A stretch of DNA of 64,000 nt, taken from positions 2,816,001-2,880,000 of the forward strand of contig CM000155.2 in NCBI GenBank assembly GCA_000004695.1, read 5' to 3'. A model generated the notes under the pieces. That model had not been told where the DNA came from. It made no database searches and was given only the letters and a program-made list of their open reading frames with translations. A program made the translations under genes and the position numbers. Every line of letters starts with the position of its first letter. Within the stretch, counting starts at the first letter, position 1. This document shows positions 45,187 to 57,446 of this stretch, piece by piece. The DNA comes from Dictyostelium discoideum (lineage: Eukaryota).

Positions 45187-47916
45187 TTAATCATCAGAAG
45201 ATAATTGTCTTTTTACTAAATTATGATAAATTCCATCAGTATTATTTAATAATTCTTTATGAGTACCCATTTCTTCAATTTTACCTTGATTAATTACAAC
45301 TACAGTATTTGCATTTATTACAGTTGATAAACGATGAGCAATTACAATGACAGTACGATCTTTCATAATTTCATCGATTGCTTGTTTAACTAAATATTCA
45401 CTTTCAGCATCAAGAGCAGAGGTAGCTTCATCTAATAAGAGGATCATTGGATTTTGAATCATAGCACGAGCTATTGCAACACGTTGTTTTTGACCACCAG
45501 ATAAACGAACACCTCTTTCACCAACTATAGTATCATAACCATTTTCAAACTCTTCAATGAATGAATGAGCATTTGCTTTCTCTGCAGCCGAAATAATTTG
45601 ATCCATTGTTGCACTATCATTACCAAAAGTGATATTATCTTTGATTGAACCAGCGAATAATACAGGTTCTTGTGATACATAACCAATGATACCACGATAC
45701 CAAACTGGATCCAACTCTTTGATATCAATACCATCGAATGTGATTGAACCTGAATTTGGATCATAAAATCTTTCAATCATTGCAATTACAGTTGACTTAC
45801 CACCACCAGATGGACCTACCAAAGCTGTGATTGTACCTTTTGATAATTTCAAATTTAAACCCTTTAAAACACTATTATTTGGTCTAGTTGGATAAGAGAA
45901 TTCCACATCTTTCAATTCAATTTCACCCAATGGATTTTGAATTTGTTTACCACCTGAAACATTGATAGCTGGTACTCTATCGAAAATTTCAAATATACGA
46001 TCCGATGAACCGATTGCCTTTAAGAAATCAGTCATTAAACTACTAATGAAAGCCAAACTCATTGCCAATGAAAGTGTATACAAAAGGAATGAAGTTAAAT
46101 CACCAGTTGATAATGTACCATCTAAAACCTGTCTAGCACCAACATAAACGATTAATACAATTGCCAATTGTGCTACTAAAAATACAATACCACTGAATAC
46201 ACCGGTTGCAACAGCCAATGATTTACCAATTAAATAACTACCATTAATATCTTTTGAATAGAGGTCAATGAATTTTTGTTCCTTTGAAAATGAACGTACT
46301 GTTCTTATATTTGAAATTACCTCTTCACCAGTGGTTGATGATTTTGCTAATTCATCTTGAAATTGTTTACCCAATTGTTTAATTTTCTTACCATATACAA
46401 CGGTTGATATTGCAAGTACAGGTACAATACCTAACATTAATAATGTTAATCTCCAATTGGTAATGAATAATAAAATAACGGAACCAATAATTTGAATTGT
46501 ATATCTAAATAACATTGAGATATTAACAGTGACTGAATTTTGAATCACTTGTGAATCACTTGATAATCTACTTAATAGCTCACCAGTTCTACATTGATCG
46601 AAATAACCAATCTCTTGATTAACAATTGATGAGAATAAATTTCTACGAATACGTGCAACAAATTTTTGACCAGCTAAATAGAATAACCAACTTCTAACCA
46701 ATGTTGAAATTGAACCAATTACGAAAATAACGACCAATGCCAATGTACTTGAATTTAAATTATTAAAACTATGAGTGGTTGCAACGACTTGAACAATTGA
46801 ACCGAAAAAGTAAGGCATAGCCAATGATGTCAATGAACTAAATACCAAAGCAACCATTGCTGCTAAAATAATTGGTAACTCTGGTCTTGATAATTGAATT
46901 AGTCTCTTTAGATTTGAATGTTTAACCTCAACTTTTTTATTTAATCTTTTCTCTTCATTTGATTGATTATAAAATTGTTTCTCTTTATCTGATAATCTTT
47001 TATACTTTTTAAAACTTAATTGTAATGTTATTATATGTAATACTAAAAATAATACCATCAATGGTATACCAACTAAAACAATTACAATTATAATTTCTCT
47101 AACTTTTAATGAATCAAATAATGGACTTTCATTTGGTAAATAACTATCACTACCATTATAAATTTCATTAGATGATGATGATGTTGTTATAATATTATTA
47201 TTAATTGATAAAATTTGTGTAATTGTAAAATATGATTTAATAACATTATAAATTAATGCAATAATTGTTATAATATAACTAATAGTATGATAAATAAAAC
47301 TATCAGAGAATATTAATAACAACCAAAATAATGATATAAAATATGATATTAATAATATATCAAATGTTGAAAAATAAAAAAAGTATTTCATATTAAATGT
47401 ACCACCATTTAATGCTTCAATTTCTGATGAATCATATGATGTTGTTGTTGATGTTAATGTTTGTAGTAGTAGTGATGTTGGTGATGGTGTTGGTGTTGGT
47501 GTTGGGGATGGTGTTGAGGTTGGACTCACACTACCACTATCAGTAGTATTACTATTAATTGATGGATAAAAAATAATGCTTCTTGCATTTGTACTGAAAT
47601 ATAATGCATTTATTGATATTAAATAACCAGCTAATATTACTAATGATACAATTTGGATAAATAATTTAATTGAATTCCTTTGTTTACTATCCAATTTAAA
47701 TTTAAAGAAAATTGTATCTTCAATTAATTCCTCTTCATCAATCTCTTCACCATTTATTGATTTCTTATTATTTAAAGAGAATTGTTTATTTGCATTATTA
47801 ATTCCAAATTTTTGGTCACTACGATTTGTAGTTGATATTGATTGTTTTTGTTGTTGTTTATTATATGTTTCTAATAATGATTCATTTTCTTCATCATTAA
47901 AATTCTTCTTTGTCAT
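45187..47916 (-). CDS. ABC transporter, B subfamily half-transporter (N-terminal extension, then 6-TM domain, then NBD)
   Basis: Walker A GPSGGGKST. ABC signature LSGGQKQRVAIARA. Walker B ILLLDEATSALD. H-loop IAHRLST. An ABCB-type TMD is upstream. Single 909-codon ORF. Confidence 0.85.
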   Translation of the reverse strand: MTKKNFNDEENESLLETYNKQQQKQSISTTNRSDQKFGINNANKQFSLNNKKSINGEEIDEEELIEDTIFFKFKLDSKQRNSIKLFIQIVSLVILAGYLISINALYFSTNARSIIFYPSINSNTTDSGSVSPTSTPSPTPTPTPSPTSLLLQTLTSTTTSYDSSEIEALNGGTFNMKYFFYFSTFDILLISYFISLFWLLLIFSDSFIYHTISYIITIIALIYNVIKSYFTITQILSINNNIITTSSSSNEIYNGSDSYLPNESPLFDSLKVREIIIVIVLVGIPLMVLFLVLHIITLQLSFKKYKRLSDKEKQFYNQSNEEKRLNKKVEVKHSNLKRLIQLSRPELPIILAAMVALVFSSLTSLAMPYFFGSIVQVVATTHSFNNLNSSTLALVVIFVIGSISTLVRSWLFYLAGQKFVARIRRNLFSSIVNQEIGYFDQCRTGELLSRLSSDSQVIQNSVTVNISMLFRYTIQIIGSVILLFITNWRLTLLMLGIVPVLAISTVVYGKKIKQLGKQFQDELAKSSTTGEEVISNIRTVRSFSKEQKFIDLYSKDINGSYLIGKSLAVATGVFSGIVFLVAQLAIVLIVYVGARQVLDGTLSTGDLTSFLLYTLSLAMSLAFISSLMTDFLKAIGSSDRIFEIFDRVPAINVSGGKQIQNPLGEIELKDVEFSYPTRPNNSVLKGLNLKLSKGTITALVGPSGGGKSTVIAMIERFYDPNSGSITFDGIDIKELDPVWYRGIIGYVSQEPVLFAGSIKDNITFGNDSATMDQIISAAEKANAHSFIEEFENGYDTIVGERGVRLSGGQKQRVAIARAMIQNPMILLLDEATSALDAESEYLVKQAIDEIMKDRTVIVIAHRLSTVINANTVVVINQGKIEEMGTHKELLNNTDGIYHNLVKRQLSSDD

Positions 47917-48639
47917 GATTTGTGAACCTTTTTTTATGATTGAATTTATTTATTTAAAAAAAAAAAAAAAAAATTAAAAAAAAAAATAATTATAAAATGT
48001 ATTAAAAAAAAAAAAAGGGATACAAAACAAAGAAATAAAATAAATTACAATAAAAAAGATACAAAAGATAACGTTTTTTTTTTTTTTTAAATAGTTTTTT
48101 TTTTTATTTTCATTTTTATTTTTATTTTTTTTATTTAATTTTTTTTATTTTTTTTGGGGTAAGAATTTGGTGTACATCTTTGCATAAAAAAAAAAAATCC
48201 AAAAAAAAATTAAAAAAATTAAAAAAAATAAAATTAAGCTTATAGGGTTAGAATCGCAACAAATTAAATAGATTATTATTTTGTGAGTGTAAGTGGTCAA
48301 AAAATACGTGTTTTTTTTTTTTAAAATAAATAAAAAAATATTTATTAATTTAAAATGGAAAATATAATTGTGATGAATTTGGTGCATCATGATTTTAATT
48401 TATTTATTTTTTTTATTTTTTATTTTTTTTTTAAAAAATTTTTCTCAAAAATAAATAATTTATTTTCACAAATAAATAAAAAAAATAGTGTTAATTTATT
48501 TTATTTAATAGTAATAAAAGAGAAAAAAAAAAAAAATAATAAAATAAAATTAAATTTGAGATAAACACACTGTTACCATCTAGATTAAATTGTAAAATTT
48601 TTTTTTTTTTTTTTTATTTAAAATTTTTTTATTTTTTTT

Positions 48640-49464
48640 TTAAGATGATACAAATTGTTTTAAAAATGGTAACCAATTTAAAGGTATTGGTGAAGACCAA
48701 ATACCTAAACTTTTAATATTATTATTAATAATTAATTGAAATCTTTGAGTTAATTCTTCAGTTGAGAAAGGTTGATTATTTTCATCAACAGTCATAACAC
48801 CAACAGCCAATTTATTCAATGGAATTGATTGAATTGCAAATTGTAAAGCACTTTGAAAACCTTGAAAAGTTCCAGCATAGGTTGACATTGTATAAATTTT
48901 ATCAACTGAAGTTTGAGCCAACAATGATAAATTCCAAAATGGTGTCCAAGTTGCTGCACAAACCGTTAGAGTTTTATTATATTGATGTAATTGTTTAGCG
49001 AATGAATCAATGAAATTTGCATATCCAATTGAGTCTCGTTCATCACCACCAACTGGTTCAATATCAATATTCCATCCATCGAATCCTTCATCGATTGCAT
49101 GTTGAATAGCAGAGTCAATGAACGGTTGTGGATTATTAATTAATTGACGTGCATATTCTATCACTTCAGGTCTACCAAATGGACAACATGTTGATACCAT
49201 TGGTAAGGTTTTTAAACCCGCTGTTTGTAATGGATATTGAACATCTGTAAAATTATTTACAATCAATGTTGAATTTGCTCCCAAATTAAATCTTTCAAAT
49301 GCTACTGAATCTAAAATTTGAGTTAATGATAAAATTTGTTCTAAATCACTATTTATAGTTTCATTAGTTCTTTCAAGTCCCATCCACGTTAAAACACTTT
49401 GTTCTCTACATTTAACAATAACAACAATTAAATTTATTAAAAATAAAATAATTATTGATTTCAT
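48640..49464 (-). CDS. Secreted glycoside hydrolase family 18-like protein (chitinase or chitobiase-like)
   Basis: It has a signal peptide. FDGWNIDIEP resembles the GH18 DGxDxDxE catalytic motif. The surrounding TIM-barrel-like pattern is aromatic/Gly-rich. The family assignment is tentative. Confidence 0.45.
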   Translation of the reverse strand: MKSIIILFLINLIVVIVKCREQSVLTWMGLERTNETINSDLEQILSLTQILDSVAFERFNLGANSTLIVNNFTDVQYPLQTAGLKTLPMVSTCCPFGRPEVIEYARQLINNPQPFIDSAIQHAIDEGFDGWNIDIEPVGGDERDSIGYANFIDSFAKQLHQYNKTLTVCAATWTPFWNLSLLAQTSVDKIYTMSTYAGTFQGFQSALQFAIQSIPLNKLAVGVMTVDENNQPFSTEELTQRFQLIINNNIKSLGIWSSPIPLNWLPFLKQFVSS

Positions 49465-49867
49465 TTTTTTTCTTTTTTTAAAATAAAAATAAAATAAAAA
49501 AATGAAAAAATAAAAAAATAAAAAAATAAAAATTAAAAAAAAAGATTTTTTTTTTTTTTTTTAATGCCCAAAACTCTGCAAAAAGATATTTTTTAAAAAA
49601 TTTAATGTGGTAAATCTTATTTATTTTTAGTATTTAGTTAATTTAATTGATTATTTTTTTTTTTTTCTTATTAAACAGTTTGAAATTTCATCAATACTCA
49701 AAACAAACAATTCTCAGATTATTGGCGTTCTTTCAATTAATGATTTTTTAGAAAAAATAAATAATTAACTAAACACAAAAAATAAATTAGATTTACTTTT
49801 TTTTTTTTTTTTTTTTTTTGTGTTTTTTAATTTTATAGGAAAGGAAGGATATTTTATTTTTTTAATT

Positions 49868-50077
49868 TTAACAATAATTAAAAAAAAGTGAAACAAACAA
49901 TGAATTAAAACTTTCTGGCATTTCTTTCCAATTCTTTTTTGCATCCATGAACGCATTGAAAACTTCAGAACAATCTTGGCTTTTAATTTTGCAAACTAGA
50001 CCATCAGCTTCATTAGTTTCACCCAACACAAAAGAAAGAGTAATAATGATTAAAATAAAAATAATAACTTTGTTCAT
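49868..50077 (-). CDS. Small secreted Cys-containing peptide (first exon; possible second exon downstream)
   Basis: Signal peptide MNKVIIFILIIITLSFVLG followed by a CKIKSQDC...; 3' end uncertain. Confidence 0.3.
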   Translation of the reverse strand: MNKVIIFILIIITLSFVLGETNEADGLVCKIKSQDCSEVFNAFMDAKKNWKEMPESFNSLFVSLFFNYC

Positions 50078-50887
50078 TTTTTAAAATTTTTATTTATAGT
50101 TTTTTTTGTTATTTTTTTAAAATATTTTAAAATAAATGATTTTTAAAAATAAAATTATCTTATTTTCCTTTTTAAATTACTATTTTTTTTTTTAATTACT
50201 TAAATTTTTTAAAAAAATATATTAAAAAATAAAATAAAATAAAATTAAAAATAATTACCATTCGTCATAACGAATAATTACTATTTCTAATTTCTAATTA
50301 AAGTATTAAATATAAACATAAATTTTTATTCTCATTTTTAAATTCAATGGGTTTAAAAAATTAAAATAGTTTTTTTTATTTTTTTTTTTTTCAAAACAAA
50401 ACCCATTTGCATAAAATTTAATATCTAAATGTTCCAATTAAAGATGAATATATTATTCTGGTAAAAATAAAAAGAGGTATATAACCTAAAACAGCACAGT
50501 TTATTTTTATTTAAAAGATTTTTTATTTTTTTTATTTTTATTTTTATTTTTATTTCTAACAAACAAAACATATTTTAAATTTTCACACCCCCTTACTTTT
50601 TTAATTTTAATTTTTTTTATATTCAGTTCTATTTTTAGTTTTATGATAATATTATTTTATTATATAGAATTAAATAAAAACAAATAGATCAATTAATAAA
50701 TTTTTTTTTTTTTTTTTATTTTTCTTAATCTTATCATGATCATCAAAAACATATATAAATTTTTAAAAAAAAAATAAAATAAACAATTTCCCAAATAAAA
50801 AAATCTTATTTTTTAAAGTTTGATTTATTTTTTTCTTCAGAAATAGAAGAGAGTGAATTATGTTTGAAGGTAATTTTGATTTTAATT

Positions 50888-50934
<47 letters not shown>

Positions 50935-51390
50935 CAAAACAACTTTTATTCTTTTTTTTTTTTTTAAAAAATCAAAGCAACTTTTAATTTTTTTTTTTTT
51001 CTATTATTTATTTAATACAAATACAATTTGTTTAATATTTTTTTTTATATTTTGAAAAAATTTTGGGAAAATGAAGGATTGGGATGTAAATTTTATTCCC
51101 TTCCATTCCTTATGATATTAAGAATATATGGTATGTAACATCCTCTCAATATTTATACTAAATATAAAATTAAAAAATATACTAATTAATTTTATATTTA
51201 GAATATCAGAATTAAATTTAATTTCTTTTTAAATAATATCACAATTAATGATTTTAAAGAAATTAAAAAGAAATTTGAAAATAATTAATTAGTTTATAAA
51301 CGAATTTTAGTTGATATTAAAACTGGCTATTATGATGGGAATCAAGATGAAATTTTATTTAAAAACATGAATATATTTTAAAAGAAAATT

Positions 51391-51545
51391 CACAACTGTT
51401 CTATCAACCACCCATCTGCACCACCAATCACTAATGGCTCACCATCTGCACCACCAACCACAACTGTTCCATCAACTACTCATCTGCACCACCAACCACT
51501 AATGGCTCACCAACTACTCATCTGCACCACCAACCACAATAATAA
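51391..51545. repeat. Tandem direct repeat of about 39 bp, roughly 4 units (...CATCTGCACCACCAACCAC(T/A)A(A/C)TG...). The codon composition is unlike the host (CTG, GGC).
   Basis: Direct observation. One frame is open and Pro/Ser/Thr-rich. Confidence 0.8.
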
Positions 51546-51580
51546 ATTAACTTTGTTTTTAATTTTAAAAAAAAATTTAG

Positions 51581-52330
<750 letters not shown>

Positions 52331-52584
52331 AGTTAAATAAATAAAAAAAGTAATATTAAATTTAATAAAAAAAGTAATATTAAATTTTTTTTTTTTTTTT
52401 TTTGAATTTTTAATTTTTTTTAATTTTTTTTTGAATTTTTTTGAATTTTTTTGAATTTTTTTTGAATATTGTTTTTTTTTTTTTTGTAATTTTTTGTTTT
52501 TTTAATAATTTTTTTTTGTAATTTTTTGTTTTATTAATAATATTTTTTTGTTAATTAAATTTTACTTCATATCATAACAATAAA

Positions 52585-52851
52585 ATGTCCCTTATGAACC
52601 AACAAGAATTAGAAGATTGGGACTTTAGAAGAATCATAATATCCACAAGAAATAGACTACTAGATATCCACAATACACACAATACACCAGAAGTCCAAAA
52701 CGCTATAGCCATGATAAATAATTTTTTGGAAGGCAATGAAAACCCAACCAGTTTATCAGATAGTCTTACTGGTATTCAAACAAATATTCCACTTGCCCAA
52801 CGACTTATCGCTAATTTAATCACAATGTTGAATAATCAACCAGCTCAATAA
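52585..52851 (+). CDS. ORF-D (88 aa) at the left edge of the compositionally foreign island. Function unknown.
   Basis: Open frame with non-host codon usage (CCA, CAC, CTT, GGC). No motif recognised. Confidence 0.3.
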   Translation: MSLMNQQELEDWDFRRIIISTRNRLLDIHNTHNTPEVQNAIAMINNFLEGNENPTSLSDSLTGIQTNIPLAQRLIANLITMLNNQPAQ

Positions 52852-53290
52852 ACCACAGTTCAAGAAACTACAGTTCAACAGTAAAATCTAAACTTAAATA
52901 ATGATTTTTACATTAAAACTATTAAATAAAATACAGATATATTTAAACATCATGAATTTCAAAGAGCGGACAAAGTTAAATTACCACTAATACCTGGTAT
53001 GTCTGATAAGATTGATAATAATAAAAATGGTGGCGGATTATCTCTATTTGAAATAAAACTCCCTATTGAGTACCCTTTTAATTCAATCCTATTTGGAATA
53101 AAGCCAATATCAGTGATTGGCACAGTGAATCGATTTTTAGTTTCTGTAAAGTGTCCATAAATATTGATTGTTTTTTCTTGATTTGGTTTGCACATTCTAT
53201 AATATTATACATAATATTATTTACTAAATTAATTATTGTCGGTCTTGCCCGACTTGATGCCAATGATACGAGGTCGTAGGAACGTAGTTC

Positions 53291-54651
53291 TTACAATTCA
53301 ATCAATGGTCTACCACTCATTCCATTATTAATAACACGATGTTCTTTTGTAACAACAAAACAATAATGAGAATTGTTATTTGCTGCAGTGAGATATACAG
53401 TTGCAGCATATGTTGGACTACGGTTATGAATTGGAATTCCTTTATATGTATTATCATTTGGAACATCTGATTGAGTACCATTGCAAAAATCTTGAATCCA
53501 GCACCAGTTATAGTTATTAATGTCACCAGACATGATTGAACTACCTTCTAATAATTTTTTATTTGTATCATAATCCATATATGATGGTGGAATTAATGGA
53601 TATGGGGTTAATGGTTGATTATCTAGACTAGTTTGGAAATTACTTACTAGAGTTGAAGCAATATCATTTTGAACTGGTGGTAAATTTGCAGTTGCTTGAT
53701 TTGTTGTAAATATTGAATAATAGATACGATCCAATGTTAATACTCTTCCACTTGGAACTGTAAAACTAATACTTTGAATATTTGAATTTTGAGAAGCTGA
53801 AAATGTTTGAACATTGCTGTATAAAATTGGAAGCCCTTCATTTAATTTATTACGTAATTGATCAATAATAATTTGATTTGTCTCAGTTGCAAGATATAAT
53901 GTAATATTTTGGATATTCATTGGAGCTTGAGTTAAATTTGGTGCAGCTGCTAATACTGGTGGACTTGCTGCAGTACCATAAAAACCAAGTGATGTTAATG
54001 GGTTTAATGTAAATTGCAATTGCATAATATCACCAAATATTAAATCTTTATCCAATGATAATATGGTATCATAGATATCACTAAGATAAATTTTTACTGA
54101 GAATTTAGTTGGTACATTTGCTGTTACAGCACCAATTAAATACTGACATTCACTATATGGTTTATCTGCTTGATTTGCTGTATTAATTTGATATCTGTAA
54201 TTTGTTGCATTATTTGATGCAAAACCTGGTGTAAATATAATAGTATCACCACCTGCATTTGGAAATACTTTTGCATAACGATTCATAGTTTGTTGTTGTT
54301 TACGATTTATTTCATTGTAGCTTTTGAATGTTGATGTGCTGATGTTAAATCGAGTAAATATTCACCACTACGCGATTGAAATGAAATTTGACTAAAGAAT
54401 GAAATGTAATCAGCGAATAAATATGGTACATTATTTGCACCACCAGCTGGAATGGTTAAATCAAATTGTAACCAACTTCTTGATAAATTATATACTGAAC
54501 TTGCACCAAGATTGAATTTTATAATTTGACCTTGTGAAGAAAGAGTTGTTGAAGTACCACTTTCTGGTTGAACGACATATGGTACATAACTTGGACCTGT
54601 TTCGTTAAAAGCGGTGTAATCTACTTGACTTGAATGAATTTCTCTTGACAT
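53291..54651 (-). pseudogene. Capsid-like ORF (about 445 aa in total), split by a +1/-1 frameshift near 54290-54306 into 114-aa and 331-aa pieces. It is beta-strand-rich with a jelly-roll-like composition and no basic arm.
   Basis: Two adjacent minus-strand ORFs (54307..54651 and 53291..54286) are separated by a single-nucleotide frame offset. GC is about 38-40%, versus about 25% in the flanks. The sequence is Asn/Thr/Ser/Gln/Tyr/Gly-rich with alternating hydrophobic patterns, typical of viral single-jelly-roll coat proteins. I cannot assign a family without homology searches. Confidence 0.4.
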
Positions 54652-54754
54652 TTTGTATTATATATAATAGAGTATAAATAAATAATATATAAATAATATA
54701 TAAATAAACCAAGCTTGAGCAAGGGGTGGTGGCCAGGTTTAAGGTCGGCACGTT

Positions 54755-55159
54755 TTATATCGTGGTAAGCGGCATGACGCTTTCGTTGTCTTTATGCGCA
54801 ATGTACTTCATAAAATCTTTATGCATATCATAATAAACTTCTTTTTTGAAAAAACACAAAGTAATATTTAAATCAATACCATTCAAATTAATAATTTCAC
54901 CATCACCATCAGTTAAACTAAATGTAAACCCATTTTGATTTGTTGATGTTAATCTTTTACTATATGCTTCAATTGCATTATTTGACCAATTAATATATGA
55001 ATAATCTAGGTTACCAGTTAAATAAATCTCTTGTAATATATCATCATTTCCATTACTACATATATTTGAGTGAATATAAACTACATTATCAATGTTGTAG
55101 GGAATTTTTTTTGAAATTTCGCTTTCTAAACGGCAGTGAATTTTTACACTAAAATACAC
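54755..55159 (-). CDS. ORF-A (up to 134 aa) in the foreign island, immediately downstream (minus sense) of a 14-bp perfect terminal hairpin
   Basis: Open frame. The inverted repeat GTGAATTTTTACAC (55136-55149) and GTGTAAAAATTCAC (55172-55185) overlaps the annotated N-terminus, so the real start is uncertain. Confidence 0.3.
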   Translation of the reverse strand: MYFSVKIHCRLESEISKKIPYNIDNVVYIHSNICSNGNDDILQEIYLTGNLDYSYINWSNNAIEAYSKRLTSTNQNGFTFSLTDGDGEIINLNGIDLNITLCFFKKEVYYDMHKDFMKYIAHKDNESVMPLTTI

Positions 55160-55309
55160 TGTTTATGCATGGTGTAAAAATTCACTAAAATTTTTTTTTT
55201 TTTATAATTAAATTAAAAAACAATTTATTTAATCAGAACAATAAAAAACCAATTTTATTCAGTTATTTGCTTGTTATTTATTTTTTTATAACAAAAAAAT
55301 TTAGTTTGC

Positions 55310-55349
<40 letters not shown>

Positions 55350-55437
55350 ATTTTTTTCAATTTTTTTTTTGTTTCATTTTTGGGGAATAAAATAAAATTG
55401 TTTGGATAAAAAAAAATTGAAAAAAATAATTGAAAAA

Positions 55438-55537
55438 NNNNNNNNNNNNNNNNNNNNNNNNNNNNNNNNNNNNNNNNNNNNNNNNNNNNNNNNNNNNNNN
55501 NNNNNNNNNNNNNNNNNNNNNNNNNNNNNNNNNNNNN
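55438..55537. other. Assembly gap (100 N)
   Basis: Run of n. Confidence 1.
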
Positions 55538-55792
55538 TTTCTTTTTTTTCAATTTTTTTTTTTTTTTTTTTCAAACATATTTACAAAGTTTTAAATTTAT
55601 TAAAACTAGTTTTATTTTATTTATTTATTTTATTTATTGGGTGATTTATTTTTTTCAATTAAGATTGTAGTTTTATTATCTTTTTTTTTATTTATGGGTT
55701 TTATTTATTTATTCTTTTTGTTTATTTATTTAAAATTATTATTTATTATTATTATTATTATTATTATATTATTATTATTATTATTATTATTA

Positions 55793-55848
<56 letters not shown>

Positions 55849-55853
<5 letters not shown>

Positions 55854-56900
55854 TTATTATTATTAATATTAAGATTTGATTGAGAAGGTAATCTTTTTGG
55901 TAAAATTTTAGATGGAGTTGATGGTGCAGTATTTTGATCAACTTTAGTCCAAATTTCTTTAGCAGAACCACCAGAAACTTAATTAGTTTGAGTAGTGGTG
56001 GTTGAAGAAGAAGAAAATGATGATGTAACAATGGTTTAGCAGTTACAACACTTTCAAGAGTTGGTAATTTTGGAGATGGTGATGGTGTAGTTGATAATGT
56101 TGAATTATCAATAGTTGTGATAATGATGAAGATGAAGGTGAAGATGAAGATGATTTTCTCTTTCTTTACCAAGGAAATCAGTTGATCAATTCAAAGAAGA
56201 ATTTAATTTTGGCATCATATTGCACCGACTGATGGTTTGCGTTGAATAAAACTTGTTGATCTGGTGATGATGGTATACCCCTAATTGTTGGGGATTATCC
56301 AACTGATACATTTGTAGTAGTATTACCACCAATATTATTACTACTAGTATTTAATGGAGTTGGAATTGGTGTTGATGAACTACTTAATGATGGTGAAGAT
56401 TGAGCTGATGATATCACATTATTATTATTATTTATTTTTTATTATTGATAACAACTGGAGTAACACTTAGAATTGTTTTGAAAGAAACCTTCACTATCTA
56501 ATTTTGCTGCTTTTGTTCTTTCATCTTTTGAAATTAATACCCAATTAAGTATTTTAATTTTGGTAATTCATTAATAACAATATAAACTCTTCACATTTCT
56601 TTAAATTAAATATAACTCTTTATGTGAATTTATAGATGATGTATTCAACAATAAAGTTACAGAATGGAAGTTACCAGAAACTTATTGGGATACCGAAAAC
56701 AGTTATTTTGATTTTGATGAAAAAGAAGAAGAATGATAAAGATACAATTAGAAAGCTCCAATCAATCAGTATTAAAATTAGAAGAAAGAAGACTAAATTT
56801 AACCGCTGAAATTGAGCGTATTTATGGTCAAATGGATCTAAAAAGAAAGGAATTGGAAAATGCAAACCTTCGTCTACATGTTTTTAATTAATACATTGAT
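55849..56900 (-). pseudogene. Degenerate coding region: gene fragments with in-frame stops, including a Ser/Thr/Pro-rich low-complexity piece and coiled-coil-like pieces
   Basis: Long codon-like stretches on both strands are interrupted by stops (e.g. ...NTSSNNIGGNTTTNVSVG*SPTIRGIP...). A plus-strand fragment reads LKLEERRLNLTAEIERIYGQMDLKRKELENANLRLHVFN*. Confidence 0.35.
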
Positions 56901-56950
56901 AAAAAAGAAGATGGCCAAAAGGAAAAAATAGAAGCAAAAAAGAAAAAATA

Positions 56951-57110
56951 TGTGTCCCATGCCAAAATTACCATATTAATTTCAGCAGCCATATTAATTT
57001 TGGCATGGGACTTATGTCTGCCAAAATTACCGTATTAATTTCAGCAGCCATATTAATTTCAGCATGCACATAGCTGCCAAAATTAATATGGTAATTTTGG
57101 CATGGAAAAA
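56951..57110. repeat. Complex palindromic structure. Two 40-bp direct repeats (GCCAAAATTACC(A/G)TATTAATTTCAGCAGCCATATTAATTT) are each closed by 16-20-bp inverted repeats (TCCCATGCCAAAATTA/TAATTTTGGCATGGGA; GCCAAAATTACCGTATTAAT/ATTAATATGGTAATTTTGGC).
   Basis: Reverse complements were verified by eye. The structure resembles nested TIRs or a hairpin element. Confidence 0.75.
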
Positions 57111-57446
57111 AAAAAAAAGTCAAAGTCATTTAATTAATAATCATCTCAAATATAAACAAAATTTTAGTACTAAAATTATTATTATTATTATTTTTATTAT
57201 AATAATTATAATAATAAAAAAAAAAAAAAAAAAAAATTTCATATTATTTTATTTATATCTTTTATTTATTTTTATCTTTTTATTTTTATTATTAATTTTA
57301 TAATTTATTTTCATTTCTTTTTTTTTTAGTTGATATATATTTTTTTATTATTCATTTATGTCTACGGCTCACAAAAAAATTATAAATAAAAAATTAAAAA
57401 TAAAAAAAAAAAAATAAAATAATTTTTTTTTTTTTAATTTTTTATT

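Noticed and set aside
53078-53526. Small ORFs 53078..53263 and 53317..53526 overlapping the capsid-like ORF region
   Set aside because: They overlap the larger ORF or its upstream palindromic intergenic region. They are not independently supported.
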